Positions 1 through 14,022 of a stretch of DNA of 51,899 bases are shown one piece after another (the stretch's first letter is position 1; each line of letters begins with the position of its first letter). A model generated the notes under the pieces. The model was given only the letters and a program-made list of their open reading frames with translations, was not told the DNA's origin and searched no databases. Source of the DNA: Thraustochytrium aureum (Eukaryota); contig BLSG01000044.1 of assembly GCA_012862495.1 (NCBI GenBank), forward strand, positions 41,641 to 93,539, given 5' to 3'. A program made the translations under genes and the position numbers.

Positions 1-138
1 CGGAACAGGGTCGGAGGGCGGCCGACTGGCGGATTTTGAGCCGAACTGGTGCCCAAGGGGCGGGGTTGGACGGCCCGCGGGGAGCGAAGGAGCCGCGGAC
101 GCGCCCCCCCCTGCCGGAGGGGCACGGGGCGCTCGGAA

Positions 139-1435
139 ATGGCAGAGTCTGCCGGCCGGCACGCGCGAATCAGCAGCCAATGGCTCAACATTGACGAGGT
201 CGAGCGAAACGGTCTCGCGGGCACGACGACTCGCCCGGAGGATCCGCCCGAGGCGCCAACGAGCAGCATGACGCTGAGTGATCGGAAAAAGGAGTTCCGC
301 ATCATCGCGTTCATCCTCTCGCCCGCGATCCTCACCACGTTTGTCTTCCTCGGTCTGTACTGGAACGAAGAGGCTGGCTGCGGCGCCCCGCTTCGGCTGT
401 GGTGTCTTGTCGAGGCCTTTCGCCTGATGATGAGCATCTCGCTGTCCTGGTTCCTGCAACGCGACGTCGAGCGCACGATCGCGACTATGAACTCGCTCGA
501 CCGGCTTGGCCGAGGGGTGTCCATGTTCTCCTTCCTCTGGTTCGTGCTGGGCCACATTTGGCTCTGGCAGGGCGCCGGAGAGTGCAACGAGACCGCCCCG
601 CACCTCTTCCACCTCACGCTGGCCCTCGTCGTGCTCCAGTACACGCTCATGCTTCTCCCGCTCATCGTGCTGCTCATCTTGACCCCGTTCTTGTGCCTCT
701 GCCTGCCTTGCCTCCTGCAAGGGTACCTGTTTTTCCAAAAGTCGCAAGTGAAGGGCGCGAGCAAGCGCGAAATCAACCGGCTCCCAACCCTCAAGTACGA
801 GGGGAAACTTCGCCGACAAGGGCTACGACGAGCAGTGCAGCATCTGCATCGCAGACTTCGAGGAGGACGAGATCGTCCGTGTTCTCAGATGCAGCCACGT
901 TTTCCACAAGGACTGCGTGGACTCGTGGCTGACCCTCAACGGCACCTGCCCGATCTGCCGAAATGAAATCTCCCGCAACCCCTCCACTCAAGGGCGAGCG
1001 GCGTCCCCGTCTCAAGCTGGTTTGGTTGCCAGCGCCGAGACCGTCTCGCTTTCTTCTCCGCCAACGTCGTTTTTGGTCGAGGAGGGCGTGGAGGTCGAGC
1101 TCACTAGTGCTAGAAACGGCTCTTCGTCTCGCGAACCCTCCGCAGCGCCAGCGCAAGGCTCTGGAGACGGGGACAGCGGCCCAACTATTGGATTGAATGA
1201 GGGCGAGAGTGGGCCCGCTGGCGACGGCGTCATGGACCTGGCGTCCTCCTCTGAACCCACAACCGGCGAGCGGTTATCTGCGTCTGGCATGCTCTGGCGG
1301 CGCATGTTCAGCTTCAGGACGCTTTTTTCTCGCCGGCGCGCGCGGTCTGTGCGACGACAATCTAGCGGCACCCCGCTGCGCTCTGCACCGACCGCTACGG
1401 CATCGACTGCTGCAGCTGCGCTAAGCTTGGTCTAG
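139..1435 (+). CDS. Multi-pass transmembrane RING-H2 E3 ubiquitin ligase (apparent +1 frameshift at ~801-807)
   Basis: ATG at 139. The N-terminal frame has 4 hydrophobic helices with motifs CGAPLRLW, FLWFVLGHIW, APHLFHL and CLPC, then GASKREINRLPTLKY. The +1 frame continues CSICIADFEEDEIVRVLRCSHVFHKDCVDSWLTLNGTCPICR (C3H2C3 RING-H2) to TAG at 1435. The two frames join if one base is removed from GGGGAAA at 801-807. Confidence 0.85.
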
Positions 1436-1540
1436 CTCAAGAGCGAGTTTGTTGCTTGTCACAACTCGTCCGCCCGGCCGCCTGTCCCCTTCCCTTGCTC
1501 TGGCCTACTTTTTAAAAACCTGTTCTTCCGTTTCAGCTAA

Positions 1541-4500
1541 TCACTCGAGTCCTTCTGTAGAGAGCACCTGCTCAGCTGGTCTGCTGCGCCCGCCCCGAGA
1601 CAGCCCCGACANNNNNNNNNNNNNNNNNNNNNNNNNNNNNNNNNNNNNNNNNNNNNNNNNNNNNNNNNNNNNNNNNNNNNNNNNNNNNNNNNNNNNNNNN
1701 NNNNNNNNNNNNNNNNNNNNNNNNNNNNNNNNNNNNNNNNNNNNNNNNNNNNNNNNNNNNNNNNNNNNNNNNNNNNNNNNNNNNNNNNNNNNNNNNNNNN
1801 NNNNNNNNNNNNNNNNNNNNNNNNNNNNNNNNNNNNNNNNNNNNNNNNNNNNNNNNNNNNNNNNNNNNNNNNNNNNNNNNNNNNNNNNNNNNNNNNNNNN
1901 NNNNNNNNNNNNNNNNNNNNNNNNNNNNNNNNNNNNNNNNNNNNNNNNNNNNNNNNNNNNNNNNNNNNNNNNNNNNNNNNNNNNNNNNNNNNNNNNNNNN
2001 NNNNNNNNNNNNNNNNNNNNNNNNNNNNNNNNNNNNNNNNNNNNNNNNNNNNNNNNNNNNNNNNNNNNNNNNNNNNNNNNNNNNNNNNNNNNNNNNNNNN
2101 NNNNNNNNNNNTGAACCGAGCTAGCTGCCGCCGCCATTGCGCCAATATTGCCTGCGTGGCCTCCTCCGGCCCGGGCAATCCGCTGTGCGGCCCTGCGGCG
2201 GTACCACTGCCTACGGTTGCCACTTCTACGGCGCCCGAGGCCTCCACGCCAGCGCCCAGCGCGGATTGCGAGCCCGGCACGTCCCCCACTGCTGTCGCGG
2301 AATCGCTGGTGCTCCTTGAGCTTGGCGCACTCGGTGGAATCTCTAGCAAGCCCGTCGCGCCGTACAGAAGCAAGGCGAGGTTGAACGCCGCGCGCGCCGA
2401 GCTCTGCGCGCTTGCAAAGTAGATCAGGATGTCTGTCAAAACCATCAGGTCGAGCAACAGCTGCCCAAGCGGCCGTCTTCCATACGAGGCCTGCAAAAAC
2501 CAGTCCAGAAGCAAAACGACCTGCTCTTCGAGCAAAAACCGGTCGTACCCAACCAGAGACCCGCGCGGCGCTGGGGGGGCGCCAGAAGCCCCGGTGGCGC
2601 GAAGAACGACGTGCTTTCGCTCGTACACGCCTTCTGCCTCGTGCCAAGCGCTTAATACAAGATGCCCAACCGCAAGGTAGGTGACATGGCTGCGGCTCGA
2701 ACCCCAGCGCTCCTCATTTTGTCTGACTGATATGACGCGTGTCTCACTTGGGCCCAGAACAAAGCTCTCCATTACATCGGCAACAAAGGCGTGAGGGGAT
2801 GTATTTGCGACGTAAACGGTCGTCTCCCTCGAGGCGCTCACATTCTGCACGTGCACAGCCTGCTCCCTGGACGTGGAAGGTGGCGCCACCTCCATGTCCA
2901 CTATTTGCTGAACGGCCGTTTCGGGCTGCCCACCAACGAAGACGCGCAGAGCAGGATCTACGCACCGCCCAGTGAGGACGAGGTCTACCGAGTGGTCCTT
3001 GATAAAGTCGCACGACACGGTAATGCGAACTCCGCCATCCGTGCTGAGCACACCACTCGGCAGCACCGACATGTGCACCCGCTGTTGCGACGCTGGCGGC
3101 ACAGTCAGCTTCTGAACAAATGCACCCCCTCCCTCGCTAAGGGAGAACTGCACTTGCGCCTTGTCCGGTGCGTTGTGGGTCATCACGAATGTCAGTGGAA
3201 GCCGCGACTCGTTCTTCACGACAAACGAAAAGTGCTCATTGCGCCAGCCACGGACCACGGTCCCCATGTCCACCATGGCGCGTTGGCCAGACTCGTACAA
3301 CTCTTGCCCAGACACAGACACGGCGAACAGCCGGGTGATCGCGCTTTGGCTCGAGGGCGGCCCGGATGGCCCGCCGCCACCACCTGGCCGCGCCCCAGCT
3401 ACCTGGCCCGCGTCAGAGTTGCCGCCAACAGATTCTTCGCCGGCGGCGTTTGGAATGCCAGGTGCAAGGCCGTAATCAGGATCCGTCGCCTCCGCTCCGC
3501 CCTTCGGCGTCACCTCGACTGCTCCGCCTTCGGCCGCCGACCTCGCAAGTCTGGTCCCGCCCTGCGGGCTGGCGCTGATAAGGGCATCAGCACCAGCCCG
3601 CATGGCCGCGTCGAAGGAGGAAGCCGAGGTGAGCACCACGTCCATGCCTACGCGAATCACCTTGATCGCAGAACCCTTGTTCTCAACCACGACGACATAC
3701 GTGGAGAAGGCCCCAAAGCGGTCGGTTGAGAGGCGGAGCGTGAGGCTCTGGAACTCGTGTTCGGCAGCGAGGACGCCGCTCGATCGCGAAAGCTCGAGCC
3801 ACTGCTTGTCTGAGCTGTTGACCATGTACAGCTCGTACTCAATCGCGCCAACGCTCGTAGACTCGATATTGATCTCCCACTCAACAGGCCCACTTGAAAA
3901 CTCGCGCTGGCCCACGTCCACTTCGAAACGCGAGCTGGAACCCGAGATTGGCGTGCAGCCGCGAAGGGCCAGGCCCGATGAGGGGCGCCCCTCTAACGCG
4001 CCGCGGCTGAAAATTGAAGGGAGCCAGATTCCGTCGCTCCCACCGCCTCCAGCCACGGGGAATTGGTCTCCTGCGCTCTCGTCGAGCCCGCCAGCATCGC
4101 CGGCGCGGTGCCCCCGTGGAGCGAGTGCTGTCTTGACCTCACGCCCGCTGAGTACATGAGAGACCCGCGGGAACCAGTAGAGTCAAGCGACGAGGACGAC
4201 ACAAGCGCAGCCAACGAGCCTTGGCCGCGGCGCGTGCTCGGCTCTTCGTCGAGGCCCGGGCTGCCCAGTCGGGACAGCAAAGCCGCTCCAAGCTGGCCCG
4301 GGTCGGGCCCGTGCTCGCCCGTCGGCGCGCACGCTGCCGTCTCCGAGCCCGGCCATGATGCCTCGGAGGAGTTTGCATCGCCATATCCACTCTCGTACCC
4401 GCCAAGGCCAAACCCTGGGCTGTGGAGTGCATCCATGGACAATAACGAGCCGCCTGGGAAGGCGCCATGCTGGTGTGCGGCTGCCGAAGACGACGGAGGG

Positions 4501-7500
4501 CAAACTAGGTCCCCGAGGGGGTCCTCCACGGGCAGGCCTGAGGCCCCATCGCCCTCCGGGCCGGAGATGTCGGGATGCAGGGTCACGAGGATACGCTCCT
4601 CCGAATGCGGCGACGCCAAGTCCACTACCCGAAGAACACCGACACGCTTCTTGGCCTCCTTTTTCGCTGCTCCAGGGAGTGGCCCGATGTCGGCTACTTC
4701 GCTGTCGCTCCCAAAGTTGGGCTCCTGGCCCTCGCTCTGCCGCTTGGGCGCCAGCCTGTGCTGCGGCTCTGCCACTGCGCTTCCGAGCGCGTCAGGAACG
4801 GGTTCTAAGTGCACGCGAATGTGCNNNNNNNNNNNNNNNNNNNNNNNNNNNNNNNNNNNNNNNNNNNNNNNNNNNNNNNNNNNNNNNNNNNNNNNNNNNN
4901 NNNNNNNNNNNNNNNNNNNNNNNNNNNNNNNNNNNNNNNNNNNNNNNNNNNNNNNNNNNNNNNNNNNNNNNNNNNNNNNGCGTGATCGTTGGGAGCACCA
5001 CATTACAGAAACTCGGAGCCGCACCTGCCGTCGCGCGGTTTTGCGCCTCCAGCGCAACGGCGGCGGCAGGGAGCACAAGCTGCTCGCCCTGCAGCCCGAC
5101 GGGGCTAGCCTCAACGCTTACTTTGAGCAGCGTTCTGCTCGAGAGATTTCGAACCCAAAACCCTTCTTCAAGGGACTTGTGGCTCAATTCAAGTGCGCCA
5201 TCGGGGCGCCGCCGAGTGTAGAAGACGAGCTTGGAGGTCGACAGCGAAAACGTTTTCCCAGCGAGCAAACTGCCTCGGAGGCGCACTGCAGAGTCGCGGC
5301 CCTTTGCACTCACAATAAGGCGCCCGAACTCGACGTCAGAGAAGTCGCCTCGCCCAAGGCGCGCGCCATGCAACGGGACAAGTGCCACGCGAATGTCCTT
5401 GGCCTCCTCGGCTGCGAGCTGGAGCTCTGTCGTCTCCACGTTGGTGACGCGCAACAAAACAGATGCAGAGAGGCTGCTCTGCCACTCCTCTTTCAGCTCC
5501 ACTCTGAGCGAGCAGGAGACCGGCTCCCCGAAAACGTTGTGCAGCGTAAACCACGCGTTGCAGTTGAGCGGGTCTTCTCCTCGAGTTGCAGGGACTGTCA
5601 GCACCGGCAAGACCAGGTCCTCCGGCACCTCGACGATCTTGGAAATCAGCGTTCCAGTGATCGGCAGCACATGCACATCTTTCGGGTTGAGAAGATTGGC
5701 AATCCGCAGCGAGGCTGATATGTCGGCCGTCGTTGGTAGGTCGACGTTGCGCGCTTGGAAGCTAAAGCGCACAACAACGGCGGATTCGGCAGGTGACCAG
5801 GTGGCGTGTGCAGTTCCGATGGCGGATGGCAGTTCCTCCACAGTCACATCCACGTCCAGCGCAGCGACGTCGTGGGAGCAGGTCACTTTGACTCGTTCTT
5901 GAACGCTCCCCTCTGTCAGAACCTTGCCGAGGGCGAGAGCGGTGCGGTCTAGCACGATGCGAGCAGTGGAACATGGAGCCACCACTTCGTAGACCTGTAT
6001 GATCGAGTTCCCAGCACGCACAGCCACCGTTCCCGCAGGCCGCCCTGGCCGTGGGGTCCCCTCCCGCAGGAAAATCACTAACCGCGCGGCATCTCCAGCT
6101 TGGAACCGTGCCGAACTCTCTGAAGCCTCGGCTACCTGGCCATCCTGGGTCCGCACCGACCCGTCCTGTTCGCTCGACCCACGCTTAGCCCAGACAAGCC
6201 GGAATGGATGCTCATCGAGTTTCGTCCCACGGTCGGGATCGATGGCCTCTGCATGCAGCTCCACCGGCCGCGAAGCGAACGTTGCGTCCAAGCGCAGCAA
6301 AGTCCTGGTCCAGAGCCCAGACTTGCGAACCACAGCGTCATCATCTGCAAAACTTGTCGAAAGCACCGCCTCGGCAAACGTGCAGAACTTGGCCAGCCTC
6401 GCACATGGCGAGTCCGGGCCAGGTGGCAAAAGTGCGCGAACTGTGACCTCCACCTCATCCTGGGTGATCGTGTTGACCACTTTTACCTTGCGAGCAAGCC
6501 ACGCGGAATGCCCAGCCGGAAGCCGTGACGCGACGGCTGCGAGGACGACGAGGCTCTCCCCGCCTGGTGCAATCTCCCTCACGGCCTGGCTGTCTTGGCT
6601 TTCGCCGCCCGCGCCATCGCCGAGGGCGATTGTCCCTGGAACCGAGGGCGCGTCCGCCGAAGCACTCCAGGAGGAGAGCGCAAGTGACGGCCCGTCGGGA
6701 TTGCTTGGCTCATCGCCGACAAATACGCGAAAGCGTAGGGGAAGCCGCTTCGTGAGGTTGCGCACCACGAACGAGGCCGAGGTGCGTGCCACAGCCGTGG
6801 GCTCCACCACGCCAAGGCTTAGACTGGTTCGTGAGATCTCCCATTCCGACACGCCGACCGTAGCCTTCACCTTGACCGTACAGGTGAAGACCCCTTCCAT
6901 GAAGACCTGGATCCCGCCGTTAATGACGCGCGAGTTCTCCTTCAAAAGCACCGGCTCAACGAAAACCCACATCGTCACCTCCGCACCGCACGCGACCCGC
7001 ACGTTGTCCAGGCGGCATGAGCGGTCTCGGTCTGCAAAGACATAGATCTGACGCTTCAGATTGCTCTCAGCCGACAAGACTAAGGGCTCTTTGAAGATGT
7101 TCTTGACGCGGATCGGGCGCGGCGGGATCGAATCTGCGCCCCCCTGCGCTTCCCGAGCAACGTAGCACTGGCCAAAGTCCAGCACACGCGGCAAACCCGT
7201 AAGCTGGTCGTCCAGGTTCGTGAAGTGCACGTGCAAAACGTTGTACTTGACCATGACGGTCTTGCTTGGCCCGTTGTTCAACGAACCGCAAAACACTTTG
7301 ACTGGCACCGTCTTGCGCCCACCATGGCCCTCTGCAATCGGAACGGAGATCTGGACCGCACGAGTCTCCCCGGGNNNNNNNNNNNNNNNNNNNNNNNNNN
7401 NNNNNNNNNNNNNNNNNNNNNNNNNNNNNNNNNNNNNNNNNNNNNNNNNNNNNNNNNNNNNNNNNNNNNNNNNNNNNNNNNNNNNNNNNNNNNNNNNNNN

Positions 7501-10500
7501 NNNNNNNNNNNNNNNNNNNNNNNNNNNNNNNNNNNNNNNNNNNNNNNNNNNNNNNTGATTCGAAACTCGCCCGACAGCTCGCGGGTCGAAAAGGTAACCG
7601 CGCCAAAGTCGATTACTCGTGGCTCGACGTCGAACGCGGCGGTCCACTCGTCTTGAGCATCGGCGCTTCCAATCCGCGAGGAGTCCCGAGCAGAGCTTGG
7701 CGACAGCCCGGGCACAGGACCTGTGCCCCCGATTACTGGCGCGCCACGCAGCGGGGTTGTTGGACGAACAAGCTTCGTCGGCCCAAGGCTGCTTTTGCGC
7801 GCCACAGGGGTGCCGCGGAGGAATTCCTCCCGCGCCTTCGCCGCCCGCTCGGGGGTAGACGGTGGAGCACTTAGGCCCTTTGCGGGCGCTTCGGCGAGGT
7901 CTGAAGCCGCAGCTGCAGCCGAAGGGGTCTCCTGGGCCGGGCGACCAGCACCGAGCGTGCTGAAGGAGCGAAGAACAGACTGGGGCGCTTGCTGCCGTTT
8001 CTTCTGAAGCGCTTCGCCCGGTTCGAAGTCGGCCACAGCTCCACCAGTGCTGTTGGGTGCGAGGGTTGTTGGGGGAGCGGCTGTATTCGTCACGCTCGCG
8101 TCCCCACGCGCCACCTCCGCCCCCGCCGACCGAGACGGCTCGGCTTCCTCGGAATGCGGTGCAGCGTCGCCAAGGTCGTGCCCAGGATCACCAGGCCCCT
8201 TCGGGAACACGGTGGGTCTCACGGAGCCGGTTGGCGCGGCGGGACATTGTTCTACCGTGTCAGGGCGCTCTGCGCTAACTACGAGTGGCAACGTTGTGTC
8301 GTCTGCCTGCACTCCATCCGCCGTGCCGTTGGACAAAGAACCGCCTTGCTGCGCTGCCTCATTAGGAAGCACGGGAGGTGCTCGCCCGACATACACTGGC
8401 ACCTCAACAACGGCGTCCTTGTTCTTCACCTGATAAATTTGAAGCGCGTCGTAGATCTCCAGGTTTGGTGGGGCGGAATCTGCGAGGCCAACAGCAAAGG
8501 CCTGCAACTGCACCCTGACAGTCGCCTCGGGGGGGATTTCAAGCTTTGCCCCACCTGACGGAAGCGCCATGAGCTGGGTGCGGTCTTCGGGCAGCTTAGA
8601 GCCCTGCTCCAGCAGCGCGTCCATTTTGGCTCTGATCTGCTTGAGCTTTTTCACCTGGTTTTTGGTCTCGGCAATGCGGTACTTGTGCTGCAGATTCTCG
8701 ATCTCGTCGCCCACCTCCTTAGGAATGCGCGTTGAGGAGGCGAAGGCCGAGAAGCGAAGGCGAAACGGCTCGATCGAGCCCTTGAGGCGCAGCTCAAACT
8801 CGCGGTGCTTGCGATACGTGTTGCGGATGACGAGGATCTGGACATTGCTGTTGCGCTTTTCGCAGATGAATCGAAGCTCTCGGTTTTCCACCTTGAAGCG
8901 GAGCGGCCGCACGACGTTTGCCTTGATCATGATGTCGAGCGAGCAGGACTTGTCCATAATGTTGCAGACGGTCAGTTTTTCATTGATGCGCCCAGGCATC
9001 GTCGGGTAAAACTCGAACTGAATCTCCTTCGTGCCGAAGGGGCGGACCATACCGAGGGGATTGCGCACAATGCGAAGGAAACCGGAAGAGAAGGAACCGG
9101 ACTTGCGGATCTTGTAGAGCAGCGGGAGGGCGCTCTCGTTGCTGAGGAAAAGCGTCTTGACAAAGCGGTGGCACGGCAGCTTGACCGTGCCAAAGTTGAT
9201 GTGCCGCTGCGCAAAGGACATGACCGACTCCCCCACTTTGGCCACTACCGGAAGAGCGCGTTTCTCGAGGCGCACTTCTTCATTGCGGACACGACCCCAG
9301 AGATGAATCTTCTTGACTTTCTCCATGTCTTGCTCGTCCAGGTTGAGTTGCTCAATCCAAATGTTCTCCGTAACGCTCTGCAACTTGCCGGCCGCGGAGA
9401 CCCCGGACCGCTTTGGCAGCTCAGGGGCTTCTTCTGGGCGGCGGTACAACACGACCCCAACTTGCTGCCGTTCGCCTGGCGCGAGAACGAGGTCACCGAG
9501 CGGCGCACACGATTCGAGCGCGTTGAGGAGCGCGCTCATGCGAAGCTCTGCCTGCTTGACGATGTAAATCTCTTCCTTGGGCTGCATCCCGCTAAAGTAG
9601 AGCTTTTGTGGTCTCTCAAACTCGTCGCATAGCGCGTCCCAATCAACGGCTTGCGCGGAATACGCAACCTTCTTCGTAGCACCTTCTGCAGTGTGGTGCG
9701 TTGTTCTTGGCGGCGTCGATGGCGCCGCTGCCACGGGCTCACCTGACTCGCGCGTTGAAGGCTCGCGCGTTGAAGGCTCGCGCAGGCTGGCGCGGTCCGC
9801 CGTCATTTCCGTTGCAGTCGCTGGCGCCCCGCCTCCTGCGGGGCCTCGGCCGTCGCTGGCCACGGCGCCGTCGTCGAGGGTTGAAACTTCATCAAGCACC
9901 GCCAAATTTTCGGCGGGCTCAGATCGCCCGACCAAGCTCCCGCGAGGCGTCGAGGGCATCGAGGACGAACTTGGCCCATGGTTCGAAAGCGGATGCGCGC
10001 CAGCCCCAGCACTTGTGGACTTGTACAACGCAGATGCAAAGCTGTCCGGCGGGCTCAGCTCGAGGCCATTGTGCCCGCCATCGACTTCTGCGTCGGCCTC
10101 GAACGGCCCCGCGCTTTCGCGGTGCGTTAGTCCAGAACTGGAGCGACGCGCACCAAATTCCAGGGAGACACGACGGCTCAAGCGCCGGCGTGCCGCTGCA
10201 TCGACCGGATCACTTTTGTCAGGAGCTGCCAGCTTCCCGAGAAGGTCCCCCCCAGAGTGTGTTTGCGAGAGTTCTGTCGACAAGTTGGAGCGGACTAGAG
10301 GGGACTCAGGATCGCGCCAAGTCTTGCCGATTCGTCCTGCTACGGCGGTACCGTCAACAATGCTCTCATTCTCACCTCCGTCACCAGAGTACGATTTGGT
10401 GCGAGACATGGGTTGGGGTAAACCATTCGGCGCGCCGGGGAGAACGACGACCTCGTCCCTTGCGCTAGGGTTGGCTGGTCTGGTAGCGCTGGCGGCGCCA

Positions 10501-13500
10501 GCTTCGACGTCAAAATCGGAGCTGCTCCTCCGGGGTGTCTTGCTGCGCGTATGCATCTGTCGCGCCGGGGGCGTGCCAGTCCCCGCCGAGTCAAGGACGT
10601 CCATGTCGCTGGCAGTGGATTCTGACACCCCCCTCGGCACCTGTTGTTTGAACGAGAACAGGGCGCTCCCAGCTTGCGGGCCGTCATCTCCGTCAAGGTC
10701 GCTATTGCCTCGCTCCGCCGGTGCACCTTCAAGGAGATCTGCACGGGCACCGGAGGAGGCAGAAGATCGATGGCCTCGTCTCCCGCTCGCAGTGTCCAGA
10801 GTCCCCGCGCGAGGCCTCGACACGGACGGCCTTCGTGCTGATCCAGAGCGAGGAGATACGGATGAATNNNNNNNNNNNNNNNNNNNNNNNNNNNNNNNNN
10901 NNNNNNNNNNNNNNNNNNNNNNNNNNNNNNNNNNNNNNNNNNNNNNNNNNNNNNNNNNNNNNNNNNNNNNNNNNNNNNNNNNNNNNNNNNNNNNNNNNNN
11001 NNNTCCTGCATTCCATTTTCCGGGGAGCCGGGGAAACGAGCCAGAGTCTCCCACCAGTGACGTTCGCTTGCCTTGGATGCGCCCAAGAGCCACGTCAGTC
11101 TCGGCGCGGACGTTGAGGGTCTCCGCCGCCTCTGCCTTCCTGCTGCGCACGTCTCTCGCTCTAGGCTGAGAGAGCCCGCCGACCATAGCCTCTGCTCCGT
11201 CTTTGCCATCCAACTCGCTGTGTGCGGCGCGCAGGAAGACCTCGTCGAGGGAGCCGCCGTCGATGACGAGAGAATCGGAAGAGCCATGCCCTACGCCACT
11301 CCAAGCGGCGTCTCGAGGTTGGCCAGCCGGTCCACGGCATTCGGCCGCCGGGCCATGCTCGGCGAGGTTTGAAAGCGCAAAGCACTCGAGGGCTGGGGCG
11401 CTTGTGGAGAAGCGCAGCGAGAGCGGTTTGTCAGTCAGGTTTTGAACCTCCAAACGGCGGAGGCAAGGACTCTTGTGCACGATTTCGCCAAAGTCAATTT
11501 CAGCGAGATTGCCGCCCGGGATGCCGCGGTCCTTGTTCTTCTGGCCGCGCAGTACCTCTCGGACGAAGGGCTTTGACAGAGAGACCAGCGTGTAGAAGAG
11601 AGAATGGTAGATGATGTGGTGAGAGTCCATGTTGGACGCACGGACCGTGAGCGCGTTGTTGCACAGCACAGACTCGAAACGGATGCTCTTGACGTAGTTG
11701 AGGTTAACTTTGCGCGCAACGAATCGCACGGTTAGCACGCGTGTGCTGCGCGCGTCGAGGTCGAGCCAGCACTCCTCGACTTCACCGCCGACGAGTTTGT
11801 CTTCGGCATTCTCCAGGAAGATACTAATGACCTTGCTGCGCAGCATGATCTTGATCCGCGTTGGGAGGTCAGAGATGTTGGTAATGAGAACACTCTTGGT
11901 CTTGAGCACTCCGATGTTGCAGTCCCCAAAGTTGAGCTCGGCCACGCTCAGGCGAACGCCATTTTTACAGACTCGAGCACTTGCGGGGATCGTCATTGAA
12001 GAAAGATGTAAGAGAAAGTCGCGGCGCCTGAGCTGGTACGCGTGCGTCTTCTTCTGGTTCTCGTTATCGCGATCGACGTGAATGGGCCCAGGCCGGTAGT
12101 GCACGGTGACGGTCTTCTCCATAGCCGGAGCCAATAGCATTGACGTTGTCTTGGCCTCAGGTCGAGTCTGCTCAGTTGTTTGCAGAGACGGTCCAGAGTT
12201 CCGTCTGGAACGCGCCCCGCGATTCGTTGTGGAGTGGTGGCGGTTTTCACCGAGCTTGGAATGCGAGGAGCGACGGGCCCCCTCCCTCCTCCTCCTCCTC
12301 ATCTTCTTCCTCCTCCTCCTCTTCTTCTTCGTCGTCGTCATCGTCGTCGCCGACGCCGGCGATAGCGTCGTCGTTCTCATCAACATCACTTGGGACGCTT
12401 TCCGGCGAGCCCTGCTCTTCGTCGACGTCCTCCGGGTCTCCAAGCACGGAAGGATCGTGTTGATCTCGCCGATCCGCCGGCACATCGCGGCCTGACCCTG
12501 CGGAGTGTTCGGCGCTATTGAAGCTCCGGAGGTCTCCCGTTTTCCCCACCTTCTCCTCCCGCCCACCACTGCGATACCCGTTTGACTCGTTTGTGCTCTG
12601 CTCGTTCCGCGAAGACGAATTGTCGGCGGGCTCGCTTGCTTGAGCGCGGTGAGTGCCACTTTCGTTCGAGCCGGCCAAGCTTTCGGCTTGATACGACGTT
12701 GCGCTCTTGTCCGCAGGTCGAAGCGAATCAGCGCCGTCAACCTGCAGGACGCCACGGTCCACTGCTGCGGCAAATTCATCGATTGACTCTGGCGCATCTG
12801 AGCTGCGGCGAGATAGAGTTTCTGTTCCAGTTCCCGGAGGAGAGGCAGTGGCAGAACCGTCGTTTATCCCGCGGGCCAACGACGACGACGTCGTCGAGGA
12901 CTTGGCCGTTGCACTTGTTGCCGCAGTTCGCTTGCCCTGCGCAAGCGTGACGATCTCCTCGGTGGGGCGCAAGTCGGACTCCTCGAAGGCGAAAGAGACG
13001 TACGGCGAAGACGACGACAACACGCACTCCATCTCCCGCCTGGAGGTGTTTTTGATGCGCAGCCGCTTGGACACCCGGTTACCAAGGAGGCAGTCGTCAA
13101 ATTTGACGGCTCGAAGCTCGGCCTCATTGTCTTCGGTGTCGCGCACGAGGAAGAGGTGCGTATTTTCAGGCTCCATATTGACGCTCGTGTGAACAGCGAG
13201 CGTCTCGGAGTTGTTGGCGTTGTTGACGTTCTCGATAAACAGATAGTACTTGAACCCGCCGACTGCCTTTGGTGTGTAGGTAACGCGTATGCGGCGGTGC
13301 CCATAACCCGGGACGTTTACTTTGCGCGAGGCCTCGCGAAACTCGGTCTCGTCCTCCACGTCCAGGCTGATGACGTCCGAGTTGAGGCTGACACAGCGAA
13401 ACCCCAAAGGTGCCTCGCTCCGGTTCCACACGGTGATTTCCTTGTGGTACGACTTGCAGGGCAAACAGTCGTAGAATACGAGTTGGGAGGCGTCGCACTC

Positions 13501-14022
13501 GAGCACACTCTTGCAGACCTCGGCAGCGAACGGAATGCGGCGCGAGGCAGAGCGACCGTTGAGGACGACGCTGCCGCGCAGGGTGACAAAGTCGTTTCGC
13601 TGTGCCTGGGCCGCGGCGCCTTCCTTGGACTTTGCCAGCACAAACAGGGTCACTTGGTTGTGACCGGGACGCAGCTCGATGGTGCTCTTGCGTGCATCCA
13701 TTTCGTTGAAGAGCTCGTTAAAGTCGTCTTCGTGCTCGTCGGACGATGAAGCTACGCTTGAATCGCAGTCGTCTGAGCGAGCAGCGCTCTCCCGGCCTCC
13801 GGCCAAAGCGCTCGTGAACCAGTGTTCGACCGTAACGCTTTCCGCGGACCTGTCGGAGTCGGGGTCGAGCGCCAGCGAGATTTTGACCACCTCGTCCACG
13901 TCCACGGCGAGGTCTACGCTGCACGGTGGTCCATCCACATAGACGCTTTGCAGCGCGGCGCGTTCGAGCGTGCCGGCGTTCGCCGCGCCGAGCACCTCGA
14001 GCTCGGTCCCGGACGGCGCCAT
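1541..14022 (-). CDS. Giant (~4,100 aa) uncharacterised protein with many beta-sandwich (ASH/PapD/MSP-like Ig) repeats; interrupted by 4 gaps and 2 apparent frameshifts
   Basis: The collinear ORFs 12247-14022, 7278-12797, 4792-7647, 3993-5114 and 1537-4056 share a repeated motif [LI]xFGx(8-12)[IV]xNxSxxPL: LVFYDCL..ITVWNRSEAPL, VKFDDCL..LRIKNTS, LNFGDCNIG..LITNISDLP, IDFGEIV..LEVQNLTDKPL, INFGTV..FLSNESALPL, LDFGQCY..IRVKNIFKEPL, VDMGTV..FVVKNESRLPL. Frame switches occur at ~12278-12286 and ~4111-4115. The 3' end is uncertain (in or just after the gap 1612-2111). Confidence 0.7.

Noticed and set aside
3993..4160. An intron explaining the frame switch in the giant gene (GTGAGG...GCGCAG)
   Set aside because: The candidate is 72 nt, a multiple of 3, so it would not restore the frame; one missing G at 4111-4115 does.
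12247..12249. TGA read-through or selenocysteine at premature stops
   Set aside because: The downstream coding sequence continues in a different frame, so read-through would not rescue it, and no SECIS was recognised.
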